Origin: a virus
Taxonomy: Duplodnaviria; Caudoviricetes
Virus record (IMG/VR): IMGVR_UViG_3300037067_027643
Location: 96,001 to 160,000 of that record
Strand: one strand, 5' to 3'
DNA length: 64,000 nucleotides
The first letter of the stretch is position 1, and each line of letters starts with the position of its first letter. Made by a program: the position numbers and the translations under genes. Below are positions 1-10,026 of the stretch, in pieces. Under the pieces are notes generated by a model. It had not been told where the DNA came from, did no database searches, and saw only the letters and a program-made list of their open reading frames with translations.

Positions 1-285
1 TAATATATCTTTTTCTTTATTTGTTCGACAATACCATTCTGCTTCTGTTAATATACCATTAATTCCAGACCCAGCTAAATCTTCTGTTCTATCTTTAATT
101 GTATCAGTATTTATTTTTATTTGAGGATATGTTCCTGTATAAATAGTAGCTGGTATTTTAAAAGCTTGTACTTCAAAAATAGATGGTAAATCATCTCCTA
201 ACATATCATCGGGAACAACCGCAACCAATATCATCTTACCATCAACTGATTTTTGTCCTATCATTTTAAAATATGTTGTTTCCAT
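1..285 (-). CDS. hypothetical protein, partial (runs off window start)
   Basis: ATG at 285, open frame METTYFKMIGQKSVDGKMILVAVVPDD... with no stop before position 1. Confidence 0.7.
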   Translation of the reverse strand, partial: METTYFKMIGQKSVDGKMILVAVVPDDMLGDDLPSIFEVQAFKIPATIYTGTYPQIKINTDTIKDRTEDLAGSGINGILTEAEWYCRTNKEKDIL

Positions 286-311
286 AATTACTATTTTTAT
301 ATATAATAATT

Positions 312-578
312 TTATTTTTTCATACTTTTCAATATTCTATAAATTGTTGAAAGTTCGTTAGACATTAAATTATCTAATGATATCATACCAGATTTTATTG
401 AAGTTGCATGTGGGTGATACATTTCATAAATTTTTAATAGAATTTGATGTCTTTGAGTGCTATTTAGTTTATGCCATATTTTTTCATAATAAGGATCAAC
501 TTTACTTTCATTAATAACTTTCTTTGTAATATCTTCTACAAGTTTATTTAATTCTGAACGTTTAATTGTTGTTGCCAT
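312..578 (-). CDS. putative internal head protein with shared leader motif
   Basis: N-term IKRSELNKLVEDITKKVINE; AAAGGA SD; both early- and late-type promoters upstream. Confidence 0.6.
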   Translation of the reverse strand: MATTIKRSELNKLVEDITKKVINESKVDPYYEKIWHKLNSTQRHQILLKIYEMYHPHATSIKSGMISLDNLMSNELSTIYRILKSMKK

Positions 579-607
579 ATTTTATTTCCTTTTTTAAATT
601 TATACCA

Positions 608-639
608 CAAATATATAACTATTATTTTAATTTACCAAA
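608..639 (-). promoter_or_regulatory. Bacteroidota primary-sigma type promoter
   Basis: TTTG-N20-TATATTTG on minus strand, upstream of ORF starting at 578. Confidence 0.75.
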
Positions 640-649
640 TAATATATTA

Positions 650-660
650 TATAAATAGTA
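650..660 (-). promoter_or_regulatory. putative late promoter (ACTATTTATA)
   Basis: Recurrent intergenic motif, always oriented toward the downstream gene. Confidence 0.65.
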
Positions 661-668
661 AAATTATT

Positions 669-812
669 TTAATTATTACTTTTATTCATCAATCTTATAA
701 GTTTAACAAGGCCCAAAAAAACAACTATAAAACCAAGTACAACAAAAATCTTAATTGGTAATAATAGTCCAAATAAAAATATAATTGAAAATAGTATTGT
801 AAAATTCTTCAT
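669..812 (-). CDS. small membrane protein (47 aa)
   Basis: MKNFTILFSIIFLFGLLLPIKIFVVLGFIVVFLGLVKLIRL..., two hydrophobic stretches, fills the gap in the operon. Confidence 0.5.
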   Translation of the reverse strand: MKNFTILFSIIFLFGLLLPIKIFVVLGFIVVFLGLVKLIRLMNKSNN

Positions 813-825
813 ATTATTGCTTTAT

Positions 826-1260
826 TTATTTTAAAATCTTTTCAACTAACCTAATCGTCTCCTCGCTAGTGTTCTGCAACTGACGAAAATGTTCCAACTC
901 AATCTTATTATCAATCAAAAACTGATTAGCCTTCCTCACAATCTGTCTCTTAGCTCTTTCGTTTACCATCATCTTCTCACTCTCATAATCTCCAAACCAT
1001 CCACTTCTATAATATCTTCCATTATAACCCCAACATTTATTCCAACTAGTAATATGTTCGTGCCTATAATGTGTTATCATGTTAGCCAACCACAACACCT
1101 TCTCATCCTTTATCACAGTTTTAAGATATGCACTACAAGAGAATACATGATTGCAAATTGGACATCTGAGATTATAACCTGATTTATGATAGTTGAAAAG
1201 TGGATTCATTGGATTATGGTTTAAGTTAGCATATATTCTATTATCTTTAACATTACCCAA
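826..1260 (-). CDS. hypothetical protein with C2H2-like zinc finger
   Basis: CPIC ... MITHYRHEH. Confidence 0.55.
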   Translation of the reverse strand: MGNVKDNRIYANLNHNPMNPLFNYHKSGYNLRCPICNHVFSCSAYLKTVIKDEKVLWLANMITHYRHEHITSWNKCWGYNGRYYRSGWFGDYESEKMMVNERAKRQIVRKANQFLIDNKIELEHFRQLQNTSEETIRLVEKILK

Positions 1261-1580
1261 GCTATATTATCAAAACTATGTGAACAGATAACCTTTTTAT
1301 CTCGAATTATATTTAGTAAATAACCTGAACTATTGTGATTATCTTTATCAAAAAATACATCCAAATTAATAGTTAGATTTTCAAATGTTGAAACTGTATA
1401 AATACATCTATCTTCGCTTACTCCGATTGACAAAATATCAAGATCTTCAAAATATAATAAAGCATTTAATACCATATTAACACTATTATTTATATCTATG
1501 ATATGTACATCTCCTAAATAGTCTGAGTTTAGTTGATATGACTTATCAAACATTTCTTTTAATTCTCTTTTGGTTTTCAT
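1221..1580 (-). CDS. hypothetical protein
   Basis: ORF in tightly packed minus-strand operon. Confidence 0.6.
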   Translation of the reverse strand: MKTKRELKEMFDKSYQLNSDYLGDVHIIDINNSVNMVLNALLYFEDLDILSIGVSEDRCIYTVSTFENLTINLDVFFDKDNHNSSGYLLNIIRDKKVICSHSFDNIAWVMLKIIEYMLT

Positions 1581-1585
1581 ATATT

Positions 1586-2083
1586 TTATAGTTTAAATGG
1601 TTTAATTTTCAAATCAAAATGTTCTATTAATTTATTTAATGTTTCTGGAGATGGAATAAAACCAAACTCAATTTTTAATTTTTTCTTAATCATATTTCGT
1701 TTTCTATCATATTCAATTCTAAATTTATTACTTCTATAAGTATTATTAGTATATTCTTCTATAAAAAATTTAATATCTTCAAAATTAAACTTTGAAATTA
1801 TACCGTGTACTACTCCAAATATAAAACCATGACTAGGTAATTTTATCATTTTAAATTCAGGATATTTATTACAATACCACAAAAATACTTTATTACAAAA
1901 TTTAATACTTTCGTAACATTCTTTATATATTTCATCTTCTGTCATATTATTATACAATTTGTAATCAGTATATAACTGTATATTTAAATAGTAAGAAAGA
2001 ATCTTAGATAACGATTGTTGTTTTGTTCTATCTACATTATTCCATGGATTAAAATAAGTTGAGTTTATAGTATGATCTAACAT
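1586..2083 (-). CDS. hypothetical protein
   Basis: ORF in operon, 165 aa. Confidence 0.6.
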   Translation of the reverse strand: MLDHTINSTYFNPWNNVDRTKQQSLSKILSYYLNIQLYTDYKLYNNMTEDEIYKECYESIKFCNKVFLWYCNKYPEFKMIKLPSHGFIFGVVHGIISKFNFEDIKFFIEEYTNNTYRSNKFRIEYDRKRNMIKKKLKIEFGFIPSPETLNKLIEHFDLKIKPFKL

Positions 2084-2087
2084 ATTC

Positions 2088-2357
2088 TTAGGTATAAGCT
2101 GTTAAATTATCAACTGCTTCAAAATATAAACCAGCTTGTTTATAACTTCTTATATATTTAACCCATTTAGCATATGCTACATCTCTTGGATCTCCCTCTC
2201 CGTTTACATAACTATCTAGAGTTAAATCAAAAAACTTTTGTAAACTTTTATTAAATTTTTTATAATCATGTTTGCCTCCCAATCGTTGATATTCTTTATA
2301 ATAATGAGGTACCATTTCAAATTCATCTAAGTTTGTATAATCTACATTTTCTTCCAT
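2088..2357 (-). CDS. hypothetical protein
   Basis: ORF in operon, 89 aa. Confidence 0.6.
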   Translation of the reverse strand: MEENVDYTNLDEFEMVPHYYKEYQRLGGKHDYKKFNKSLQKFFDLTLDSYVNGEGDPRDVAYAKWVKYIRSYKQAGLYFEAVDNLTAYT

Positions 2358-2383
2358 TATTTCGACTTTTTAAATTGTTAATA

Positions 2384-2965
2384 TTATTTATTATTATTTT
2401 TCATATTATGTCCGCTTATATAATCTACTCTATAAGGTGGTTGATTAAGTAATGCTACTCTTTGTCCACATCCACATTTACAAACTTGTATTTCGTTTTT
2501 AAATACAATTTGTTTTACATAATCCATTTTATTCATTTTATGAACTAATCGAATATGATAAGTTAATAATCTTTCACTACCAAATTTTTCTGGACATAAC
2601 AAACATTGTATCTGATTTTGTTCTGCTCTTTCTTTATAATCTAATTGTTTAGGACGATATTCTCCATATTTTTCAACATATTGATCCGGTGTTAAATTAT
2701 GAGCATCACGTAAATGTGTATGAAATCCAGATAATGAACAAATACATGGACAACATTTACATTGAATTTTCTTAATTTTTCTTTTTCCTTCTTTTACATT
2801 TAATTTATTTTTTCTATATTCTCCATATTGTTCAACGTATTCTTCTACAGTTATTTCATTTGGATGTGTGTATTTCAAATGATTTGTAAAACCATAAGTA
2901 GATATCATGCTATCACATAATTTACATTTCATTTCTGGAGCTGTATTTACCATATTTCTTTTCAT
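2384..2965 (-). CDS. tandem C2H2-type zinc-finger protein
   Basis: Three CxxC-x12-H-x4-H repeats each followed by YVxxYG-like motif; C-terminal CKCGCG. Confidence 0.7.
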   Translation of the reverse strand: MKRNMVNTAPEMKCKLCDSMISTYGFTNHLKYTHPNEITVEEYVEQYGEYRKNKLNVKEGKRKIKKIQCKCCPCICSLSGFHTHLRDAHNLTPDQYVEKYGEYRPKQLDYKERAEQNQIQCLLCPEKFGSERLLTYHIRLVHKMNKMDYVKQIVFKNEIQVCKCGCGQRVALLNQPPYRVDYISGHNMKNNNK

Positions 2966-2989
2966 AATGTTTAATTTTAATTATTTTTA

Positions 2990-3021
2990 CAAATTTACGA
3001 ATAATTTTTAATATATACAAA
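2990..3021 (-). promoter_or_regulatory. Bacteroidota primary-sigma type promoter
   Basis: TTTG-N20-TAAATTTG upstream of ORF starting at 2965. Confidence 0.75.
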
Positions 3022-3022
3022 T

Positions 3023-4117
3023 TTATTTTATTAATTGATAAACTATTTCTTTTAAACTTAAATCCATTTTTGCTTCTTCTTTATTTAATTCTATTATATA
3101 TTTTATTATTTTAAGCATTTCATTATCATTAAACCAATAACTAATTATTACATCATCTATTATATCTTTATCTGGAAATGTTGGTTGAAATATTCGAATA
3201 AATTTTAATATCATATTTACATATTTAAACATTTTTCCTAAATTATGTTTTTGAATATATCTATTAATATATTTCTTATTCATTATAATATCATTATAAT
3301 TTAATATATAATTTGGTATATGTGAATTTTCTTTTAATGTATCTACATTAATAATTTTTGGTAAATTATATAACGATATTTTATATAGTGTATATTGACT
3401 ATTTTTAATTAATTGAAGTTTTGTATAGTCATTTAATAATGAATTTATTTGTGTTAATTTTAAATTTTTAAATTTTAGTGGATGATGAAATTTACCTTCG
3501 ATTTCAAACACGTCATTTCCTATACGTATATCAAAATCTTTATTCTCAAAAATAAAATGATGTTCTCCTCCTATTATATCAAATATTTTATCTTCTGGAA
3601 TAGACCCCTTTCTTTTTTTATGAAATACATATACATTATCAATGTTATATCTATCTTTTATTGTCTGCCTATGTTTTTCGATATTATTATAATTTGGATC
3701 ATTATGATTTTTTTCTTTAGTTACTTTTATTTTATCTACTACTCCTGGTATATACATAGAATTAGTTACTCCATATTCTCTTAACATTGTTTCTACACAA
3801 GTCTTTTTCATTTTTTGTTTAGATTCTTCTGTATGTGGTTTTCTTGGAAAATGATTTTTTGTATAATCCCTAAACCAAATTCCAAACGGACTATCAACAA
3901 ATTTCATTTTTGTATTACATTTACCACATTTACATATCGGATATTCATTATTAAAATAATTTTGCATTATATATTGTTCATATGTTAACCCATGTACTCG
4001 TTTAATATGCCAATTTCTATCGTGCGCATTTTTAAATTTTACTCCATCTAAAATACATAATAATTCATGTTCTTTTGGAACTACATTTGCGTAACTTTTA
4101 TTTTGATTAATATTCAT
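3023..4117 (-). CDS. putative free-standing homing endonuclease (Zn finger + NUMOD3-like + PD-(D/E)xK/Vsr-like domain)
   Basis: CKCGKC, PHTEESKQKMK (NUMOD3-like), YGVTN repeat, DFDIRIGNDVFEIEGKFHH; sits right after the capsid gene terminator. Confidence 0.65.
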   Translation of the reverse strand: MNINQNKSYANVVPKEHELLCILDGVKFKNAHDRNWHIKRVHGLTYEQYIMQNYFNNEYPICKCGKCNTKMKFVDSPFGIWFRDYTKNHFPRKPHTEESKQKMKKTCVETMLREYGVTNSMYIPGVVDKIKVTKEKNHNDPNYNNIEKHRQTIKDRYNIDNVYVFHKKRKGSIPEDKIFDIIGGEHHFIFENKDFDIRIGNDVFEIEGKFHHPLKFKNLKLTQINSLLNDYTKLQLIKNSQYTLYKISLYNLPKIINVDTLKENSHIPNYILNYNDIIMNKKYINRYIQKHNLGKMFKYVNMILKFIRIFQPTFPDKDIIDDVIISYWFNDNEMLKIIKYIIELNKEEAKMDLSLKEIVYQLIK

Positions 4118-4141
4118 AAATTTATTTTATTGATGTAATTA

Positions 4142-4175
4142 TTTTAATATACAAAATTATTTCTAGATAAACAAA
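4142..4175 (-). promoter_or_regulatory. TTTG + AAATAATTTTGTATATTAAAA box (putative promoter/operator, copy 1 of 3)
   Basis: Exact 21-nt copies at 37620 and 40448. Confidence 0.55.
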
Positions 4176-4201
4176 TTATTTTTAAAATGTTTTTAAGTAA
4201 T

Positions 4202-4230
4202 AAAAAACTGGATAATAATATCCAGTTTTT
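4202..4230 (-). terminator. intrinsic terminator after major capsid gene
   Basis: AAAAACTGGATA/TATCCAGTTTTT inverted repeat with T/A tails. Confidence 0.8.
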
Positions 4231-4255
4231 ATTTTTATCGTATAATTTCTATTGT

Positions 4256-5932
4256 TTATACGTAGTTTAAGTGGGTTACCACTAGCTTTCCGAAAAATTC
4301 GGGGCGAACTATTTTTTTTGCATATCTCGTAAGTACACCTTTTCTCGGCGTGAAGTTAGTACTATCATATACTAATGGTGTCATAATCAATGGAACATAA
4401 GGACAAAAAACGGCACCGCACTCTAAGAACTGACTACCTCTAAATCCCATCAATATGATATTTTCTTTCATATAAGGATTTTTGTAAACAGTAAAGCGAT
4501 TATTCAATAAACCTACTTTTTGTACTCCCATTGCAAATTGCATTTGGTTTCCATCAGTATCAGCTGCATAACCAGGAATTGATTCGATTATAGTAGCAAT
4601 ATCAGGAGAGCAAACCATAAAGTTAGCACCACCACGCATTGTTTTTTGGTGAATCTTGTTGCTGATTTTTTGCAATTTAGTACCTAAAGTTTGGAACCAA
4701 GTCTGTTGAGTATATTTAAGAGCGTATCCACTTTGTAAATCTTGACTTGTAAAGTTAGATTCACCATTAGTAGTTTGTCCTGTGTGTACAGTTCCTATTT
4801 TAGCTGACCAATAATCAGTTGTGATAGCGTTAAGAATCAACATATCTAAGATTTCTAAGTCAATTTCCATTGAAATATATTCACTCAACATACTTGTTAA
4901 TTCTGCTTCAGCATCAATTGAATGGTAAGCGTTTAAGTCCTGTGCAAATTCAGGAGTCCATACTGCTTTTAACTTTTTAGTTTTAGCAACAATTGGTTCA
5001 CTTCTCAATGATACGTTTATTTCTGGGATATCTAATGCGTTAGCACCTACTGATGTACCAGGAGCGTATTTATCGGGACCAGTTGTTCCACTTCCCCATG
5101 CAGGATCACCTTGAGCTTGGAAATCACCTCTATCGTAAGCTAATGGAGCTTTGCTATATTTTACCAATACTGTTGAAGCACTACCACTACACATAAAGGT
5201 TACATAACGAGTTGAAGCTGCTCCAGCACTTGTTACAGGCATTGTATTAGCTGGGTAATAAGCTTCGATACCACTACCACTAATATAGAAACTTCTTACA
5301 CCTTCTACATCGTGATTGGTTGTATTCATATCTACAGTTACTCTTTTCATTTCATCTGCTGCTACAGAAGCACTTAATGGAGCTGAATAGTTACAATCTG
5401 CCCAAGAAGCTGAAGTAATAGTTGTTGATAAACTTGCTGTATAGTCGTTAGTACTATATCCAAATCTACCTGCACCATATAAACCTTGTTCTGCATCAAA
5501 TGTTTGGTTAGTAATACCAAATACTGAATTGTTTTGTTCGTAAGTAGTATTAGTAGTATTGAAACCTGGTTGATCAGTTCCATATTTGAAATCTAAGTAG
5601 AATACAAGTCCACTAGGTAAGTTCATTGGTTGTACTGATACGAAGTCTTTAGCTGCTATTTCTGCAAAGATACGTCTTACTAATGGTAAAGCTACTCCTG
5701 ACCATTCTTCTGCACCTGTTGCTGTTCCTGTTTGTGATACTTCACTGATTAACTGTCTTGCTTGGTTTTCTAACAAAATAGCCATTCCATCTCTTTCGTA
5801 ATCACTTTTAAGACCGTCTAACAGTCCTGTTTTTTCCCATTTCTGGTTCAGAGCAATACTATCATTACGCATATTTTTATACGTAGATTTTATTTGTCCC
5901 TCTCCTATCAAATCACTAAATTTTTTATTCAT
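4256..5932 (-). CDS. major capsid protein (T4 gp23-like)
   Basis: LPLVRR, VSVQPMNLPSGLVF, KLKAVWTPEFAQDLNAYHSIDAEAEL, EIDLEIL, PYVPL, TRYA motifs. Confidence 0.95.
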   Translation of the reverse strand: MNKKFSDLIGEGQIKSTYKNMRNDSIALNQKWEKTGLLDGLKSDYERDGMAILLENQARQLISEVSQTGTATGAEEWSGVALPLVRRIFAEIAAKDFVSVQPMNLPSGLVFYLDFKYGTDQPGFNTTNTTYEQNNSVFGITNQTFDAEQGLYGAGRFGYSTNDYTASLSTTITSASWADCNYSAPLSASVAADEMKRVTVDMNTTNHDVEGVRSFYISGSGIEAYYPANTMPVTSAGAASTRYVTFMCSGSASTVLVKYSKAPLAYDRGDFQAQGDPAWGSGTTGPDKYAPGTSVGANALDIPEINVSLRSEPIVAKTKKLKAVWTPEFAQDLNAYHSIDAEAELTSMLSEYISMEIDLEILDMLILNAITTDYWSAKIGTVHTGQTTNGESNFTSQDLQSGYALKYTQQTWFQTLGTKLQKISNKIHQKTMRGGANFMVCSPDIATIIESIPGYAADTDGNQMQFAMGVQKVGLLNNRFTVYKNPYMKENIILMGFRGSQFLECGAVFCPYVPLIMTPLVYDSTNFTPRKGVLTRYAKKIVRPEFFGKLVVTHLNYV

Positions 5933-5951
5933 AATTTTTTAATCTCCTTCT

Positions 5952-7094
5952 TTATTTTTTATTGTTTGTTTGTTTATTATCATTACTTATGTTTGCTAAT
6001 TTTTGAAAGCGATCTCTTATTTCATTACTTTCTAAAATAACTTTTTTCTTGTTAACTTGGGTATTACCGACTATTCCTGATGCAATACTTTCGGTTAATC
6101 TTTTTGTTGTTCCGTTTACTTCTTTTTTAACTGATGTGGATTTTAAACTTTCTACTAATGTTACATATACTAATTTTACTTCTCTTAAACTGTTAGCTTT
6201 ATCCATATTATCAATTATCTTTAGTTTTTGAGATTCTGATAATTTTTCATATTGTCTAAATAATTTGTTAGCATATAAAAGTTTACTATTTAACAAGTTA
6301 ACTTCATTCATAGTAGTTTTTAATGACTTAATAACTTTGATAGCTTCTGATAAGTTTTTTTCAGCTCTTGCTGTTTTTTTCTTTTGTTCTTCTAATTCGT
6401 AATTGTTATATTCGTCATTAGGTTCATCTTCTTCTTTCATATCAGCTACTAATTCATCAATGTTGATGTCTTCATCATCGTCATCTGTTTTAGGTTCTTC
6501 TGCTGGAATTTCTTCTTCCTCTGTAGTTGTTTCTTTAGGTTCATCTTCTACTGGATCAGTATCAACTGGAATGTCATCTTCATCATTGTCTTCGTTTTCC
6601 ATTTTGATTTCGTCATCTTCTGTAGCTGGGTTTTCATCACCTTCAAGTTCTTTTAAGATTTCTTCCAATTCTTTTTCATCTTCTGATTTTTCATCTTCTT
6701 CTTGAACTGGTTCATCTTCTGTTTTAGGTTCGTCGTCTTCGATGTCAATATCTTTGTCATCTTCTTCTGATACTACTGGTTCTTCAGTATCAATTTTTTC
6801 TCCGTCTTCTTCTTTTACTGTTTGATCATCGTCGGCTGTAGATTTTACTTCGTCTTCTCCATCATCTTCCATTCCTTCTTCGTTAGTTGCTACTGGTTCG
6901 TCTTCGACTTCGATATTTTCGTCGTCTTCTCCACCTTCAACTTCTTGTTTAATTTTTTCACTAAACATTGCCTGTAATTTAGGATTGAATGCATCTGCTA
7001 TTGCTATTTTTGCATTTTTTAATGCTACTTCTTTAATCTGTTTAGCATCTGCAATTGCTTCGTCAAACAATGTTTTGTTTGTTGTTTTTGCCAT
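5952..7094 (-). CDS. prohead core scaffolding protein (gp22-like)
   Basis: Highly acidic, coiled-coil C-term NEVNLLNSKLLY, many L/I-x-E sites, directly upstream of capsid gene. Confidence 0.8.
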   Translation of the reverse strand: MAKTTNKTLFDEAIADAKQIKEVALKNAKIAIADAFNPKLQAMFSEKIKQEVEGGEDDENIEVEDEPVATNEEGMEDDGEDEVKSTADDDQTVKEEDGEKIDTEEPVVSEEDDKDIDIEDDEPKTEDEPVQEEDEKSEDEKELEEILKELEGDENPATEDDEIKMENEDNDEDDIPVDTDPVEDEPKETTTEEEEIPAEEPKTDDDDEDINIDELVADMKEEDEPNDEYNNYELEEQKKKTARAEKNLSEAIKVIKSLKTTMNEVNLLNSKLLYANKLFRQYEKLSESQKLKIIDNMDKANSLREVKLVYVTLVESLKSTSVKKEVNGTTKRLTESIASGIVGNTQVNKKKVILESNEIRDRFQKLANISNDNKQTNNKK

Positions 7095-7240
7095 AATTTA
7101 ATATCTCCTTAATAAGATTATTTGTTGTTTTTAATAGAAAATTTGTTTGTGTTTTCTATAATATAGATACTAGGATTAATCTATAATAGTTCGTTTTGAA
7201 TTTTTTGGGATGACACATATAAAAATGTCATATTTTAATA

Positions 7241-7250
7241 TATAAGTAGT
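7241..7250 (-). promoter_or_regulatory. putative late promoter (ACTACTTATA variant)
   Basis: Variant of recurrent motif upstream of scaffold-capsid operon. Confidence 0.6.
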
Positions 7251-7308
7251 ATTAAAAAAATAAAAAATTTGGAAAGATGGAAATATTTTTGTATAGAAAT
7301 GACAACTT

Positions 7309-8013
7309 TTAATGTAACTCTTTGATTATTACAGTAGTTACATCATCAAAAATATTTTTATAAATATTTTCTTGGAGAGTATATAATGTTGGTTTTTTTA
7401 AAATATTTCTTTGTTTTGGAAATTTTAATAATTCTGAATATGAACTTTGAATTAATTGTACTGATTTAATTACAGTTTTATCGACTTTATCAAATAATTC
7501 TTTTGTTTCTAATGTAGCTGTATTTATATTATTCTGAATAACTATAATGGAATGATTTCCTTTAACATAATTTAATATAAGTGCTATTAATGGTTTTAAT
7601 TTTACATCACTTGATATTTTCATTGTAGATATATCATCTGATAATGGAACATTATAACCATGACTTTTTATTCTATCAACTTCATGTTTAAATACTAAAC
7701 CATGCATTCCACCTACTTCTTGTAAATTATTTTGCATTATATAAACATGTATCATTTCATGTATAAGTAAGTTTATAAAATTATCATAGTCTCTTTCATA
7801 TAATTTATTCATTGCTAGATAATTAATTCTATATCCAGTATGTTTATTATAAACTCCATCTACATAACCACCATGCCTATTTGATGTAATCCATTTTAAA
7901 GGTATTTTTATTAATTTTCCAGAAAATAATTCATGATTTAACCTATCATACTCATGTTGTAGATTAAATTCTTTGTGGCTTATTTCTTGTAGAATTTTCT
8001 TTAATGATATCAT
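7309..8013 (-). CDS. SprT-like zinc metalloprotease
   Basis: YDRLNHELFSGKL, LIHEMIH (HExxH), downstream HGLVFK. Confidence 0.8.
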   Translation of the reverse strand: MISLKKILQEISHKEFNLQHEYDRLNHELFSGKLIKIPLKWITSNRHGGYVDGVYNKHTGYRINYLAMNKLYERDYDNFINLLIHEMIHVYIMQNNLQEVGGMHGLVFKHEVDRIKSHGYNVPLSDDISTMKISSDVKLKPLIALILNYVKGNHSIIVIQNNINTATLETKELFDKVDKTVIKSVQLIQSSYSELLKFPKQRNILKKPTLYTLQENIYKNIFDDVTTVIIKELH

Positions 8014-8018
8014 ATCAA

Positions 8019-8708
8019 TTAATAATATTTATCATAATTGTTTTTTGCTGCTCCATTAAAGAAAGTTAACGCTTGATCTAATCTACATGGACCTTTTATT
8101 GCTCCTAAATATTTCTTTTCTCCGCTTTTTGTAATAATATCAACTCTAGCTATATAAGCTATATTACCATTTGTAATTGATTTTGGTAATGGATTTAACG
8201 TGAATTCAATTTCTGGATATTTTTCTTTTAATTGTTCTAATGATAAATTGTTATTAGTTTCTTCTTGTTCTTTTAAAACTTTTCTAATTGTATTTTCTAT
8301 TAATGTATTTAATTCAGTTCTTTTCATTTTACTTTCTGTTTTTGGGTTTTCTAATTTTGGTATTCTTATTCTTAATATTGATTTACCATTAATAGTAGGT
8401 GACCCATGTTCATCTTTTCCAATTTCCTTTACTACTACTAGTTTATTAAGAAATTTTCCAGTCTTCACGGTATCTCCAGGTTCTATATCTATTGTAATTA
8501 CTTCTCTTAAAATAGCAGATAATGATAATTTTTTATTTTCATTTTTATTAACATACTTAGCAGCTAATTGATAAAACATACTTTCCAGTTCGTGTGTATT
8601 TATTCCAAGCTGATCAGAAAAATCATGAACATCACTATCTGGAATATTTCCATCTGGATACTGTTTTAAAAACTCAATAACCTTTTGTTTTATTTCTGCT
8701 TTGCTCAT
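8019..8708 (-). CDS. multi-module putative internal head protein
   Basis: Internal LSLSAILRE and MKRTELNTLIENTIRKVLKE motifs separate three modules. Confidence 0.55.
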   Translation of the reverse strand: MSKAEIKQKVIEFLKQYPDGNIPDSDVHDFSDQLGINTHELESMFYQLAAKYVNKNENKKLSLSAILREVITIDIEPGDTVKTGKFLNKLVVVKEIGKDEHGSPTINGKSILRIRIPKLENPKTESKMKRTELNTLIENTIRKVLKEQEETNNNLSLEQLKEKYPEIEFTLNPLPKSITNGNIAYIARVDIITKSGEKKYLGAIKGPCRLDQALTFFNGAAKNNYDKYY

Positions 8709-8723
8709 TGTTAGTATCCTCTA

Positions 8724-9053
8724 TTACTTGTATTGAGATTTACTAGCTTCCTTTTCGTTCTTTACATCAACTTGATTATAAAATATAGCTTTATTTTTTG
8801 ATTCCCTCTTCTTAACCGATGGTTTAATAAACATTTGTCTATCTCTTAATTCTTGTATTCTACCCGATTCTCTTACTACTTTCTTAAATATTTTTAAAGC
8901 CATTTCAATATTACCATCAATTACCTTTACTGCACAAGCGGCTGTTCCATCTACTTTTGTTTTTTTAGGTTGACGTTTTGGTTCATTGTTATTATTAAAA
9001 TGTTGAGTTTGATTACTATCTCCTCCTTGTTTTTTCTTAGTTTGTTTTTTCAT
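8724..9053 (-). CDS. rpsU: phage-encoded 30S ribosomal protein bS21 with ~40-aa N-terminal extension
   Basis: VKVIDGNIEMALKIFKK...G.IQELRDRQMFIKPSVKKR...KAIF matches the bS21 pattern; located in head module as reported for large Bacteroidota phages. Confidence 0.9.
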   Translation of the reverse strand: MKKQTKKKQGGDSNQTQHFNNNNEPKRQPKKTKVDGTAACAVKVIDGNIEMALKIFKKVVRESGRIQELRDRQMFIKPSVKKRESKNKAIFYNQVDVKNEKEASKSQYK

Positions 9054-9076
9054 TAAATGGATTTTTAAATTTCTTA

Positions 9077-9331
9077 TTAAAAATTATTATTCATATAATA
9101 ACTAACAGCTGCCCATAAATCAACACTAATTACTCCATCTTTTATTTTTTTAGCATTATACTTGTAATGTCTATTATTATTTATCAATTCAATTTCTTTA
9201 TCTGTGTTTGATTCATTATATAATGTAATTATTATTTTATCTCCCTTTATTTCAAAGTGTTTTGCAGCATTTTCATTTAATACTTGTTTAACTTTATTTT
9301 CTATTAATTTTTCTAATTCTAACTTTTTCAT
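9077..9331 (-). CDS. putative internal head protein (shared leader)
   Basis: MKKLELEKLIENKVKQVLNE. Confidence 0.6.
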   Translation of the reverse strand: MKKLELEKLIENKVKQVLNENAAKHFEIKGDKIIITLYNESNTDKEIELINNNRHYKYNAKKIKDGVISVDLWAAVSYYMNNNF

Positions 9332-9358
9332 CTTATATTGTTCTCCTTTATTTTTTAT

Positions 9359-10009
9359 CTACAAATAGTCATCTTTTACCGGGCTAATTATCTTCCTTAA
9401 TTTACCATCAAAATTATTAAACAATTGATTTACATTGCTTATTATCTGTTCGTATTGTTCTCGATCTGTTTCAAATTCATCACTATTTCTTAAACAATCT
9501 ATTAAAGAATTGATGGCACTTTTTAATAATGGGAATGTTTTATCATCGTATTCATTGATTACATATACAGGAGTTGACGATTCTTTTAAAATAGTTCTTA
9601 CTGTATTTTCTATTAGTTTTTCCAGTTCTTTTTGTTTCATACTTAACTTTCCTTCATGTATTTTATTGTAATCCAATGTATAAGAACCATGTGTTGATTT
9701 ACTTGTTCCTGTAGAAAATAGTTGTCTATTAATAACTAAATTATACTTTTTTAATATCGTTGTCAATTCTTTTTGTATAGTATTTTCTGAAATAGTAAAA
9801 CTTTTAGCTCTCTTAAAAGCCGATTCCATTATTATTGTTAATTCGAACTGACCATCGTTATTTAAATCATATTGAAATGCTAATATATCAGGATAATAAT
9901 CTAAACGAGACGTTTTTTTAGCCCATTCTATTATCTTATCAATTTTTATTTTAGCCTCTTTGGAAGCCTTTTTAATATCGTTAATTTGATCTGGTGTAAT
10001 ACTAGCCAT
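9359..10009 (-). CDS. putative internal head protein (internal leader motif)
   Basis: Internal MKQKELEKLIENTVRTILKE starting at 9640. Confidence 0.55.
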   Translation of the reverse strand: MASITPDQINDIKKASKEAKIKIDKIIEWAKKTSRLDYYPDILAFQYDLNNDGQFELTIIMESAFKRAKSFTISENTIQKELTTILKKYNLVINRQLFSTGTSKSTHGSYTLDYNKIHEGKLSMKQKELEKLIENTVRTILKESSTPVYVINEYDDKTFPLLKSAINSLIDCLRNSDEFETDREQYEQIISNVNQLFNNFDGKLRKIISPVKDDYL

Positions 10010-10026
10010 TATTTATATTTTCCTAT

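Noticed and set aside
7100-7235. Structured leader RNA of the scaffold-capsid operon
   Set aside because: Only short AT-rich stems (ATGACA/TGTCAT, TAGAT/ATCTA), expected by chance at this composition
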